Shown here piece after piece: positions 9,412-18,390 of a DNA stretch of 64,000 nucleotides. Position 1 is the first letter of the stretch. Each line of letters starts with the position of its first letter. The notes beneath the pieces are model-generated. The model saw nothing but the letters and a program-made list of their open reading frames with translations, made no database searches and was not told where the DNA came from. The stretch comes from an uncultured Eubacteriales bacterium (lineage in GTDB: Bacteria; Bacillota; Clostridia; Oscillospirales; CAG-272): contig CAJKPX010000007.1 in NCBI GenBank assembly GCA_905201895.1, positions 3,240-67,239 on the forward strand, read 5' to 3'. The position numbers were made by a program, and so were the translations under genes.

Positions 9412-9729
9412 TTAGTATGTCGACTCCTTATATTGCGACTGAAGCGACTTGATTTCCGCCGCTTTTGCGATGTGCTTTTTGTGGAGATATTCGTAGACCG
9501 CGAGCATTGCCGCAGGCGGGTCTCCCTTCTCCTTGCGGTGCTTCTCGATGATCTTGCGCACCTCGTCATGGAGCATATTGATGTGCTTGACCTCGTCAAG
9601 GGAAATATCGTAGAAGGTTTTTGCGAGCGTTGGATGATCCTCTCGCATAGTCAACGCCGATTGCGCGTACTCATGTGCGCCGTCGAGCTCATCCTCAATC
9701 ATGTCGGTAAGTTCCTGAATGATCTTCAT
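9412..9729 (-). CDS. Small helical protein with ferritin-like E...ExxH signature (half-ferritin-like)
   Basis: 105-aa ORF with RBS GGAGGG. Helix 1 is MIEDELDGAHEY and helix 2 is LDEVKHINMLHDEV. The spacing resembles two-helix ferritin-like proteins. Assignment is tentative. Confidence 0.3.
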   Translation of the reverse strand: MKIIQELTDMIEDELDGAHEYAQSALTMREDHPTLAKTFYDISLDEVKHINMLHDEVRKIIEKHRKEKGDPPAAMLAVYEYLHKKHIAKAAEIKSLQSQYKESTY

Positions 9730-9732
9730 CTC

Positions 9733-10071
9733 TTATCCCTCCATGATATAACGATAGAGCCGCTCGACATCGTCCTTGTTGATGGTCAACGGTCCCACGA
9801 CCGGCAGATCGAAGGTGGCGGGGCTTTTCTCCGCTTGCTTGCGGAATTCGCGGTATAGCTTCTCGATATCGATCATGTCCCCATCGTCGATCACGCCGAG
9901 CATCTGCACCACGGCGTTTCCTTTTGCCTTCTCAAAAATGTTGGTGATGTTGGACATCCAAAGAGATGCCATCGCGCCGAATGTCCATTTCTTCCAGCCG
10001 GAGAGCATGGGGCAAAGCTCGTTGTCGAGATATCTCACAAGACCATTCTGAAGCTGATTCAGTGATACCAT
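9733..10071 (-). CDS. Hypothetical phage protein
   Basis: 112-aa ORF with strong RBS AAGGAGGA. No recognisable motif. Confidence 0.5.
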   Translation of the reverse strand: MVSLNQLQNGLVRYLDNELCPMLSGWKKWTFGAMASLWMSNITNIFEKAKGNAVVQMLGVIDDGDMIDIEKLYREFRKQAEKSPATFDLPVVGPLTINKDDVERLYRYIMEG

Positions 10072-10131
10072 ATTATCCTCCTTATTGGGAGGAGGCGACT
10101 ATTGCCGCCCCCTCCTTTGATGTGTTAGCGA

Positions 10132-10611
10132 TTACGCGCCGGTGGTGGGCGCAGGGGTAACCGATACGGTCACGTCACCCCAGCCGGGGCAAACAGAGCC
10201 GTTCGGTACAACGCGCTTGGTGAGTGCCATCAGCTCGGCAATCTGTCCCTGCACACAGGAGATCGCCATCGTGTTGGTGGCGTTGTAGACACGCTGGTCG
10301 CAGAGCTCATGCTCGATTTTGCCGAGTCTGCCATCTACGTAGTCTCTGAATTTTCCCATTTCGCTGAGGGCATAAAAGTTCGCATCGCGGAGCTTGACCT
10401 CTGTTTCGAGCTCCGAAATACGCGCCTGCTGACTTGCCTCGTAGCGGTTGACGAGCGCACTGCCGCCGCCACAGTTGTTGTTGTTCCAGCCCCAGCCTCC
10501 TAAGAGATTGCCGAGACCGCCGTTGAGAAGGCTCATTCCAACGCCCGCCGTTCCGATGATACCCGTGGTGAGTGCCGCGTTTGCCTTGCCGTTGCTTGCA
10601 AATTCTGCCAT
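10132..10611 (-). CDS. Glycine-zipper / coiled-coil membrane-associated protein
   Basis: Start at MAEF, preceded by AAAAAGGAGAAAAA. N-terminus GIIGTAGVGMSLLNGGLGNLLGGWGW is glycine-zipper-like and is followed by a heptad-like segment. The open frame extends to 10692. Confidence 0.5.
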   Translation of the reverse strand: MAEFASNGKANAALTTGIIGTAGVGMSLLNGGLGNLLGGWGWNNNNCGGGSALVNRYEASQQARISELETEVKLRDANFYALSEMGKFRDYVDGRLGKIEHELCDQRVYNATNTMAISCVQGQIAELMALTKRVVPNGSVCPGWGDVTVSVTPAPTTGA

Positions 10612-10689
10612 TTTGTTTTTCTCCTTTTTGAGTTTATTTTTGCTTGGGCGACGTCTTTCCCTTGCAAGAAAATTGTAACAAAAAAAGAA

Positions 10690-10722
10690 CACCCCGACCT
10701 ATCCAGATCGGGGTGAGATTAT
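10690..10722 (-). terminator. Rho-independent terminator ending the long late operon
   Basis: On the minus strand: CACCCCGATCTGGATAGGTCGGGGTG followed by TTCTTTTTTTG. Confidence 0.6.
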
Positions 10723-10756
10723 AGCATGATTTATACGCGATTCTTCCGCGATCCTA

Positions 10757-10990
10757 TCAAACAAGGATCGGCGTGCCGTTGCCCATCAACCTGCGCACCT
10801 TGAGGTATATCAAAGCCTTCTCGGTGTAGTATTTTCGGTTTGATAGGTAAAGATCGATCATGATATAGATATCGGATCGGTCTTGGCAGAGCATCTTGAA
10901 GATCGTGAGTTGTAGGTCTGTGAAATTAGCTTGAGCAATGATCTGCTCCATTTCGGGTCTTGTCAAAAGCGACAGTTTCTTCCGCTTCAT
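10757..10990 (-). CDS. Small sigma-region-4-like / HTH protein
   Basis: 77-aa ORF. The LTRPEMEQIIAQANFTDLQLTIFKML pattern resembles small phage HTH regulators. Overlaps the end of the upstream membrane-protein gene. Confidence 0.35.
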   Translation of the reverse strand: MKRKKLSLLTRPEMEQIIAQANFTDLQLTIFKMLCQDRSDIYIMIDLYLSNRKYYTEKALIYLKVRRLMGNGTPILV

Positions 10991-11885
10991 TTTTTACCTT
11001 TCTCTCGTCAGCGAGGAATATGTCAATAACGCTACATTGCGCGTTGATTCTTCTGACGGAGATTTCGGATGCATTCTTGTATCCTGCGGGATGCGCTGTG
11101 ATAAACGCCATTACGATTGGGATCATGCGCACGATCCACTGCAGGATGGTCTCGATCGATGGATCGCTCGCTACCTGCACCACGAATACGCCGCACAAGA
11201 ATGTTCGCACAAACACCTTAATATAATTAAGGAGAAGGTCAATGTTCCTCTGTTCATCACCTGACTTTGGAAGCATTTTTCTCTTTCCAAAGATTTTAAC
11301 AGAAAAGGCGCGATTGAGCAACATATCTGCGGTAAGCTCCGCGGGCAGAATATGATTCGCGCTCCGAATCGCCCTTTTCAGCCCCTTTTGAAGCGGGAGT
11401 TTATTGATCGCCTTATCGGATAGCATCAGATACTTCGACTCATATTCTGCATATGAGATATAGGGCGTGATGATGTCTCGCCTGATGGACTCGACCTCTT
11501 TCCTCCTATACTCATTACACCATACGCGCAGGGAGTCGATCAAGAGGTTTTCATTGATGGTTTTGCAGAGCTCGTCAAACCTTCCGATAGCCTCTTTATA
11601 TCCGTCTGTTGCCCTTCCTTGCAGGAGACCATCATCGTACTTCGTGCGGTAGACCGTCACAGTTATGATATAGATCAAGATCGTGACGAAGCCGATTGAC
11701 AGCAGCTTGGATGCATCGAAATAGAGGTTGATATCCCAAAAGGATACGAATGCTGCTACAAGGCAGAGGAGGAGCAAACCGAGGTTGGTTCCAACGCTCG
11801 TGAGCTTCTCTGCATCCACAGAGCTCCGTCGCACCACTCCTTCGGAGTCTGATGCAATCGTGCCAGGCATTTCGATTCTGTTCAT
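10926..11885 (-). CDS. Multi-pass membrane protein, unknown function
   Basis: 319-aa ORF. Two N-terminal TM helices (LGLLLLCLVAAFVSF, IGFVTILIYIITVTV) and C-terminal TM helices (FLCGVFVVQV, MIPIVMAFI). Confidence 0.55.
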   Translation of the reverse strand: MNRIEMPGTIASDSEGVVRRSSVDAEKLTSVGTNLGLLLLCLVAAFVSFWDINLYFDASKLLSIGFVTILIYIITVTVYRTKYDDGLLQGRATDGYKEAIGRFDELCKTINENLLIDSLRVWCNEYRRKEVESIRRDIITPYISYAEYESKYLMLSDKAINKLPLQKGLKRAIRSANHILPAELTADMLLNRAFSVKIFGKRKMLPKSGDEQRNIDLLLNYIKVFVRTFLCGVFVVQVASDPSIETILQWIVRMIPIVMAFITAHPAGYKNASEISVRRINAQCSVIDIFLADERKVKNEAEETVAFDKTRNGADHCSS

Positions 11886-11903
11886 GATATCACCTCTATC
11901 TGA

Positions 11904-12263
11904 TTATTTTTCGCAAAGTCTCTTTCCGTAGCAGAACAATGCAACGCCGATGAGATTGGAGATTCCTCCGACGAGGAAGACAATGATCATCTCGTCAATG
12001 ATACTGCGAAGCACCATAAACATTGCGAACGCGAGCCACCAAAATAGCGGAATTGCCGGTGCCTTGAGAAGCATTTTCGCATATTTGATGAGCGGTAGGA
12101 TCGAGAAGAAGGCAAGGAGCACAAACGTGCCCGACATGGTTGCCTCCGTCCCCCGATGAATCCAAATTGGAAACTGAAGCAGTGTTGCCAAGAGAGGCGG
12201 CAACACACAAGTGATTACGCCCAAAATCTTGAGCGCCCCACCATTTGAGATACTGCGCATCAT
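11904..12263 (-). CDS. Small 3-4 TM membrane protein (holin-like by architecture)
   Basis: 119-aa ORF, almost entirely hydrophobic helices. Overlaps the upstream gene by ATGA. Confidence 0.45.
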   Translation of the reverse strand: MMRSISNGGALKILGVITCVLPPLLATLLQFPIWIHRGTEATMSGTFVLLAFFSILPLIKYAKMLLKAPAIPLFWWLAFAMFMVLRSIIDEMIIVFLVGGISNLIGVALFCYGKRLCEK

Positions 12264-12925
12264 TCCACCTCCTCGGTGTTGATGCCCTCCTCGGTGTTAT
12301 CCTCGCCGTTGGCTTTTACCTCTTCTTCGGTGAGGACCTTCTTGATGTAGGATACACATTCTCCCATCCTCTCATCGTCATCGATCAAGGACAAGCACTT
12401 CGCGTATCTTACGTTTACGATATCCTTTGTTCCTTGAGGGAGATTCTTGAGATTGACAAAAACAGTGTCCAAGATGTCAAGAATAGCAATGTTTTGAAGG
12501 AGAACGGCGGCAAAAACCTTGTCGCGGTTTGTCTCGCTCTCCTGCGCGGCGGTATAATTGGCATTGATCGCATTGTATCCGTCAATCAATCTGTTTACAA
12601 CCTCAACAACACCGCTCTGCGAAGTAAATACGCTCGTTGTGTTTGCCTTGATATCTTCCATCTTGTTCTTGAGCGATTTGTTTCTCAGCTTTGTCACGAT
12701 TGCTCCTGCCGCCTCAAAGACGAGCAGAGCGGCAATACCGATCTTGCTTCCATGATCCTGTAAGAATGCAAGCAGATGGTCGACGTAGGTAGGCTCGTAA
12801 GCCACGGAGTCATCTTGGTCGGTGGTCTCCTGTGCCCAAATCTCACTGCCGTCCATAGCCGCAACGGGAATGAAAAGGCAGGAGATGATGGCAACAACCA
12901 ATGCTACGCGAATAAACGTTTTCAT
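12260..12925 (-). CDS. Secreted/membrane-anchored protein with acidic C-terminus
   Basis: 221-aa ORF. N-terminal signal-like helix (VALVVAIISCLFIPVAA), a second hydrophobic helix (IGIAALLVFEAAGAIV), and an E-rich tail. Confidence 0.5.
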   Translation of the reverse strand: MKTFIRVALVVAIISCLFIPVAAMDGSEIWAQETTDQDDSVAYEPTYVDHLLAFLQDHGSKIGIAALLVFEAAGAIVTKLRNKSLKNKMEDIKANTTSVFTSQSGVVEVVNRLIDGYNAINANYTAAQESETNRDKVFAAVLLQNIAILDILDTVFVNLKNLPQGTKDIVNVRYAKCLSLIDDDERMGECVSYIKKVLTEEEVKANGEDNTEEGINTEEVE

Positions 12926-12938
12926 GGGTTCTTCCTCC

Positions 12939-13400
12939 TTAAATCAAATGATATCCCTCAAGGATCGAGTCGAGCCGTTTGGACACTTTGTCAGAGGTCT
13001 CCTGAACCTTGAGAAATTCGTTACGGAGATCGTCGATCTCGCAAAAGAGATTGGCGATCTTTTCGGGCAGATCGTTATCGTTTACGGCGATAAATACCTT
13101 CCCATCCTCTTGCGGCGTTGCGACGAGCCCCTCACACACCCATTTAGGCGGCTTTACAGTGCCGTCAAAGAGCGCAACGGAAACATTCACGTATCCGTTA
13201 AGAAAGCGCAGAGGAACGGCACAAGAGCCGTCTGCGGCGATGTCTCGGTATCGTTCCGCGCCATTGCAAGCAAACACCGCAGTCGCTCCGATGGGCGCGT
13301 TCTCGAATTTGAAAACAACGTCCTCGGATGTGCAGATCGGGGTTCTGTTGGGAACCACGCCTCTGCCGCCGCCGAGAAGTCTGTATCCGATCTCCATCAC
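12939..13400 (-). CDS. Virion/tail-fibre-associated protein (hypothetical)
   Basis: 153-aa ORF in the distal structural operon. Beta-rich N-terminus and helical C-terminus. Confidence 0.4.
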   Translation of the reverse strand: MMEIGYRLLGGGRGVVPNRTPICTSEDVVFKFENAPIGATAVFACNGAERYRDIAADGSCAVPLRFLNGYVNVSVALFDGTVKPPKWVCEGLVATPQEDGKVFIAVNDNDLPEKIANLFCEIDDLRNEFLKVQETSDKVSKRLDSILEGYHLI

Positions 13401-13810
13401 AACGCGCCTCCCTTGAGGATCGCATCGGAATCATCGATCACGGCTCTCACCTTTGCTCTGTCGGAAAGGTATGCAAGCCAACGCTCGTCATCATCCGACC
13501 ACTCTCCAAGAGTATGCTTGTTGACCTTCCAATCGTTGTCGGAAAGCCACTTGAGCGCGGCTTCTCTCTTTCTGCTTGCGGTCGCTCTCGCGCGGATGCG
13601 CTCTCTCTGCTCCTTTGTCAGCTCGATCTTCTCGGTGTAGAAGGCTCTCGTGGTGGGATCGAAGCAGATAAATTCTCCTGCCACCGCCAAAGGAGGAATC
13701 TTGGCATCCTGCACTCTGAAGGAGGTCACGTTATCGGGAACCATGTCCGCAGAGTATTTGTCTGCAATCTGCAATAAAACTCTGTTTTTCTGGTCAATCT
13801 TGATATACAT
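13397..13810 (-). CDS. Tail fibre assembly/chaperone-like protein
   Basis: 137-aa ORF. The C-terminal WSDDDERWLAYLSDRAKVRAVID pattern resembles tail-fibre assembly proteins. Weak call. Confidence 0.35.
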   Translation of the reverse strand: MYIKIDQKNRVLLQIADKYSADMVPDNVTSFRVQDAKIPPLAVAGEFICFDPTTRAFYTEKIELTKEQRERIRARATASRKREAALKWLSDNDWKVNKHTLGEWSDDDERWLAYLSDRAKVRAVIDDSDAILKGGAL

Positions 13811-13822
13811 ATCTTTACCTCC

Positions 13823-14317
13823 TTATGCGTAAAAATCAAGGTTAAAAGCGTTTGATGGACTATCGGGAGTAACGCACATATTGTAAATACGGTTGGATAT
13901 AAACAGAACGTACATTTCATTACCGTTATAGTTATATACACGTGCAATAGCAAAATCCCCTTCAAAGCTCAAATCCTCGAGACGTTCTGCTTCATATTCA
14001 CCGTGCGTGTATATTTTAGTAAGTGCTTGCATTTGCTCGAATTCTTGTGCCCAATTATGGTTGTTCAAGAAGTTAACAAATTTTGCTCTTTTCAAAAATT
14101 CAAAAGCGTCTCTCGAACCGTTTTCTCCAATCTGATAACCGAGGTTAATCAAGTCACAGTAGTAACCACCGCTAACGCTTTCCCAAGTTACGTTGTCATA
14201 AACAAATCCTACTGAAGCGAATTTTTCAAGACCTTTGACTTCCGCCGCTTCTCTTGCAGTTTCATCCTCGATGGGATAGACAACGCCTTTTATTCTAATC
14301 CCTGAAATTGTATCCAT
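13823..14317 (-). CDS. Hypothetical virion protein (receptor-binding tip candidate)
   Basis: 164-aa ORF in a locally AT-rich stretch. Follows the fibre-like gene. Confidence 0.35.
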   Translation of the reverse strand: MDTISGIRIKGVVYPIEDETAREAAEVKGLEKFASVGFVYDNVTWESVSGGYYCDLINLGYQIGENGSRDAFEFLKRAKFVNFLNNHNWAQEFEQMQALTKIYTHGEYEAERLEDLSFEGDFAIARVYNYNGNEMYVLFISNRIYNMCVTPDSPSNAFNLDFYA

Positions 14318-14334
14318 TTTATCCTCCTTGTAGT

Positions 14335-14859
14335 TTAGCTGATGATCAGGACACCGTCTTCAACCGTAAGAAGGTTGTTTTCGGATTCCAAAACCAAAGT
14401 TTTTCCCTCGACCGACATCACAAGAACTCCCGTGTCACCCTTCTCGCCCTTGATGTAGTTTTCGGAAATGCGCTCGTCATATTCCGAAAGCAACGAGGCG
14501 ATGCCGTAGAGCGCCTCCTGCAAGCTCATGGTGCGATCCCCAACGGAGGTGACACCGAGCAGAGTCGCAAGTTTGCCGTTTTGAATCGAATCGAGCAGAG
14601 CCTTGAACGACTCAATCTCGTTATTCTTCCAATCGGAGGGCAATGCAAGGTATTCTCCCACATCGGATGAGGAAAACGCGCTTGCAATATCGTTGTATCG
14701 GTCTGCGAGAAGCTTGGAGAGCTGGTCAAACCACACCTTCAGTTGAGATGCAGAGAGACCGCCCTCTCCATATCGCGTTGCGGCATTCGGTCTGTCCGCC
14801 AACGCCTGAACGCCGAGAATCGAGATCTGTCTCGGCGTAATCTGTTCAAATTTTTTCAT
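14335..14859 (-). CDS. Tail fibre-like protein
   Basis: 174-aa ORF with a short collagen-like GEKGDTG element and a beta-rich C-terminus. Confidence 0.45.
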   Translation of the reverse strand: MKKFEQITPRQISILGVQALADRPNAATRYGEGGLSASQLKVWFDQLSKLLADRYNDIASAFSSSDVGEYLALPSDWKNNEIESFKALLDSIQNGKLATLLGVTSVGDRTMSLQEALYGIASLLSEYDERISENYIKGEKGDTGVLVMSVEGKTLVLESENNLLTVEDGVLIIS

Positions 14860-14867
14860 GTTGCCTC

Positions 14868-17447
14868 CTATTGCTTGTAGCGACCTACAACCGTGTATCG
14901 GTAGGCAATGTAGAAGACAGAGAACGGCTTCATATATTCGTCAGAATACAAGAAGTATTGCTTCTCCACCCATTTCTTCTCTGCCTCTCTCACCGCAAAA
15001 AGACTATTGTCGGTTGTCGAGAGAGAAAGGTCACTGAAGTCCACATTGTCAAACGAAAAGATCTCACTGTTGATTCGTGCGATCTGCTCATACGGCTTCT
15101 TGTTCGTTCTCACCTTGACCTTTGCCGCAGATGACAAGAAGCTCTTGGTCTTGATGACCGTCGACTTCTTCACCGTAGACTTTGTGAGATGAGGAATGTC
15201 GCAATTATCCATCCTTGTAGCGCATCCGCAATAGATCACGCGATCGTCGAAGGTGTAGTACCGAGGATGGATCTCTCCGCGCTCATCTCGCATATCAAAG
15301 TTGAACGAGCATACCGTTCCGTTCGTAGTGCCGAAGAAAAGATTGTTGTCAATCACTTTCATGATCACCGCAGGATTAAACACTCCACCCGTCTTGTTTC
15401 CGCGAGTCGAGCAGAGAAGCGCACGAATGACCGTCTCGTCACCGCCCTCGTCGCTCTCATAAATGGTGAAGTATACGCGCTCGGTGTACTTGATTCCTGC
15501 AAATTCGAGCTCAAGATCGTCCTCATGGATCACAACGCCGCTGGTGCCGTCATCCATCGGTGGGTTGGCGATCTGATTGGTTCTGTCCTCAAATTCACCG
15601 CGATCCTCGTTGTAATACTTGGTTGCGGCGGCGAGAGGAACATTGATCCATTCGTCATCCGTTGCGCAATCACATCGGAGCGCAGATCGATGGCACACGG
15701 GGCAATATCGCACGTGCGCTCCCTCAAATTCGGGAGGAAGGCTATCGCTATATCTGTACTCGGTGTATTGCCCATCATACACGCCAATGTCCTCAAGGTA
15801 ATACCATTCGTATTGTGTTGTGCCGGTATCATGCTCAAATCTCTGCCTGCTATCTGCCAAGAACACACTGCCGTTCACGTTCAGAACAAGATACCCATTC
15901 CATTCCGTGAGCGTAGCATCCTCAAGAGGCAGATTTGCGAGCTTTGCATCCACCATGCTTGATCGATGCTCGATCGCTCTCTCAAGCCTTACAGAGAGCT
16001 GGCTAACGCCCTCCAAGCCAAGCTTGGACACAAACACGGGGTCATCGAGAAAGTTAACACACGCGCCAATGCAACCGACTCCGTTGAGCCCCTGCACAGA
16101 GGGATACACCCTCGGCAGCAGATTCTCATTGGAATCCATTGCGGTGTGGAAAAATGTGGAGCCATCCTGCTGGGACTCCTTCTTGAGCACCATGAGCGTG
16201 TCGGCAACCGGCACCATTCCCGTGATCGGTATGTTTCCTACGCCGTCCTGCACATAGTTCAAGATGCCAAAATAGGTGGGATCAACGTATCCCGTGAGGT
16301 TTCGACCGCAATAGAATACGTGGTTGGGGAATGCAGGGTTACCAGACAGAAACACACGATTATCGAAGATCGTTGCAAGAGTACAATCCGTGATCATGTT
16401 CTCGATCTGCTCACGATACTCCGTAACGCCCGAAACACTGTAAAGCCGCTTTGATGCCGTGACATCAATTCCTGCATAGAATTCGGGTCTGCCCGCATCC
16501 TTCGGGGCTTGAGGCGCCTCTGCAAACGTGATCTTTCCGAGCGCGAGATCCACTGTGTAGTTGCTCACCACCTCGTCGTAGACCTTGACCGACACCACCT
16601 CGTCGAGATTGTTCTCGTTCATGTAGTATTCGGTTGTTGTTCCGTCTGCAATAAAGGTGTGCTTGAACAAGGGCGTTAGGACATTCCTCTGCTCATATTC
16701 TAATCCAATATCCGCATTCTCACCGCTTGGGACAATGTTGATATAGGTGGTTGGAACATACGCCGAAGAAACAACGCTCCTCACGGATTCCCCGTCAAAG
16801 ACGAGGTAATTCTTTCCGTCAATGACGTAAAGACGATTGTTGAAAACAAAAGACTCGCTTCTTCGCTCGTTCATCGAAGAGAACAAGGCATCACTCGACC
16901 GCATTACAGACTCTTTGTACACCAAGTATACAAGGTCTCCCTTTGCAAGATCTCCGCGAGAGATTTCAAGCCTCTTCGATTCCACCAAAAAGGTGGTGTT
17001 TGCGAGGATGCTTTCTCCGCTCGACTTTTTCACGTCCACAACGCTCTCGATCGAAAAGTCGAGATCGATCAAGAACGTGAGCGTGCCGTTGGTGTTTGCG
17101 GATTCCTGCGGAAGCTCAATCGTGGCTTCCTTGTCAATGTTAACAGTATCGGGATAATTCTTCCAAAGGTAGAGCCTTGTTCCGGCATGAACGAGAACAC
17201 TTCTGTTTACATCCCGAAGCTCATGGATGCCGTAAATGCGATCCTTATTGGGGACATCAAATCTACGTCTGAAGCCCGTGATCGTCTCAAGAGCACGACC
17301 TTGACCGGATTGGTAATCACGGAACATATTGACCGCATAAGCCAATCTTTGCCGATTGACTTGGGTATGATCAGAGGAAAAATCAACGCCACGGAAATCA
17401 CCGTAGTATGCGCTTCCTTCGCTCGTATTTCGTGTCAAATATCCCAT
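14868..17447 (-). CDS. Large virion structural protein (tail/nozzle candidate)
   Basis: 859-aa ORF immediately after the adaptor-like gene downstream of the capsid. Contains a Cys cluster (CPVCHRSALRCDC). Confidence 0.45.
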   Translation of the reverse strand: MGYLTRNTSEGSAYYGDFRGVDFSSDHTQVNRQRLAYAVNMFRDYQSGQGRALETITGFRRRFDVPNKDRIYGIHELRDVNRSVLVHAGTRLYLWKNYPDTVNIDKEATIELPQESANTNGTLTFLIDLDFSIESVVDVKKSSGESILANTTFLVESKRLEISRGDLAKGDLVYLVYKESVMRSSDALFSSMNERRSESFVFNNRLYVIDGKNYLVFDGESVRSVVSSAYVPTTYINIVPSGENADIGLEYEQRNVLTPLFKHTFIADGTTTEYYMNENNLDEVVSVKVYDEVVSNYTVDLALGKITFAEAPQAPKDAGRPEFYAGIDVTASKRLYSVSGVTEYREQIENMITDCTLATIFDNRVFLSGNPAFPNHVFYCGRNLTGYVDPTYFGILNYVQDGVGNIPITGMVPVADTLMVLKKESQQDGSTFFHTAMDSNENLLPRVYPSVQGLNGVGCIGACVNFLDDPVFVSKLGLEGVSQLSVRLERAIEHRSSMVDAKLANLPLEDATLTEWNGYLVLNVNGSVFLADSRQRFEHDTGTTQYEWYYLEDIGVYDGQYTEYRYSDSLPPEFEGAHVRYCPVCHRSALRCDCATDDEWINVPLAAATKYYNEDRGEFEDRTNQIANPPMDDGTSGVVIHEDDLELEFAGIKYTERVYFTIYESDEGGDETVIRALLCSTRGNKTGGVFNPAVIMKVIDNNLFFGTTNGTVCSFNFDMRDERGEIHPRYYTFDDRVIYCGCATRMDNCDIPHLTKSTVKKSTVIKTKSFLSSAAKVKVRTNKKPYEQIARINSEIFSFDNVDFSDLSLSTTDNSLFAVREAEKKWVEKQYFLYSDEYMKPFSVFYIAYRYTVVGRYKQ

Positions 17448-17451
17448 AAGT

Positions 17452-18366
17452 TCACCATCCGTTCGTGCCTCTGATTACCACGGGCTTCATGGATTTATGC
17501 CTTCGTTCAACGTCTGCCGCAAGCTCTCTGTACAATGCCATGTAATATTCAGCCTTGCTCGGCTCATCCTCCACCCACACATATGCTGCAACAAGCGTGG
17601 GAAGAAGCGCGCAAAGATCGGGGTCGAGATCGATCGTGGTCTCGTCAGTGCCTGCAGAACCACTGTTCACCAGCATCGCAGGTGCTCGATGGTATTGAAT
17701 CCGATAAACGCCATTTGCATCGAAAGGAAGAAGAACGACTCTGCCATTCTCTACCAAGTATCCTTGATTGAGAAGGAGGTGGGTGTCATCATCCAAGATA
17801 GGGGGAGATGCAAGCGCAAGGAAATCATCGGTGAGCCCGCTGATGTCGTAGCGAGTGAACGGCTCATAAGCGGGAATATCCGATACGGAATCGCTATAGA
17901 GCCGATCATACATCGCCACGTTCTTGATGGAGTAGACGTATTCTCCGCTGAATCGGAGTCGGAACAGACCGCGCTTGAATTCACCGTCAACGGTGATAAA
18001 GCCACGATATGCCACGAATCCACCGCGAGAGTTTAGGTCTCTCGACCCGATCAACGACCATCTCCCAACGCCCTCGTTGTAATACTCGATATAGAGCACG
18101 CCAATACCATCCGCTTCGAAGTAGTAAGACTTTGGGTCTGTAGCCTCATATGTGAGCTCTGCGACCTTTTCAGCGGATGCGAAGGTGTTTTCACGGACAA
18201 GGTTGGGAAAGGGCTTGTGGTTCACTACACACGCCGCCACCGCAGGTCGGATCGCGTTGACCTGCAGTAGCGCGCGATTTGCGGTGTAATAGAATCGATC
18301 TTCATTTTCAAGGGAGTCTTCAAAACCGAGTTGCGACACTTGTCTGTAGAGATCTGATACTCGCAT
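17452..18366 (-). CDS. Virion structural protein (head-tail adaptor candidate)
   Basis: 304-aa ORF directly downstream of the major capsid gene. Call is by position only. Confidence 0.35.
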   Translation of the reverse strand: MRVSDLYRQVSQLGFEDSLENEDRFYYTANRALLQVNAIRPAVAACVVNHKPFPNLVRENTFASAEKVAELTYEATDPKSYYFEADGIGVLYIEYYNEGVGRWSLIGSRDLNSRGGFVAYRGFITVDGEFKRGLFRLRFSGEYVYSIKNVAMYDRLYSDSVSDIPAYEPFTRYDISGLTDDFLALASPPILDDDTHLLLNQGYLVENGRVVLLPFDANGVYRIQYHRAPAMLVNSGSAGTDETTIDLDPDLCALLPTLVAAYVWVEDEPSKAEYYMALYRELAADVERRHKSMKPVVIRGTNGW

Positions 18367-18390
18367 TTTGTCCTCCTTTAAGATCGGCTA

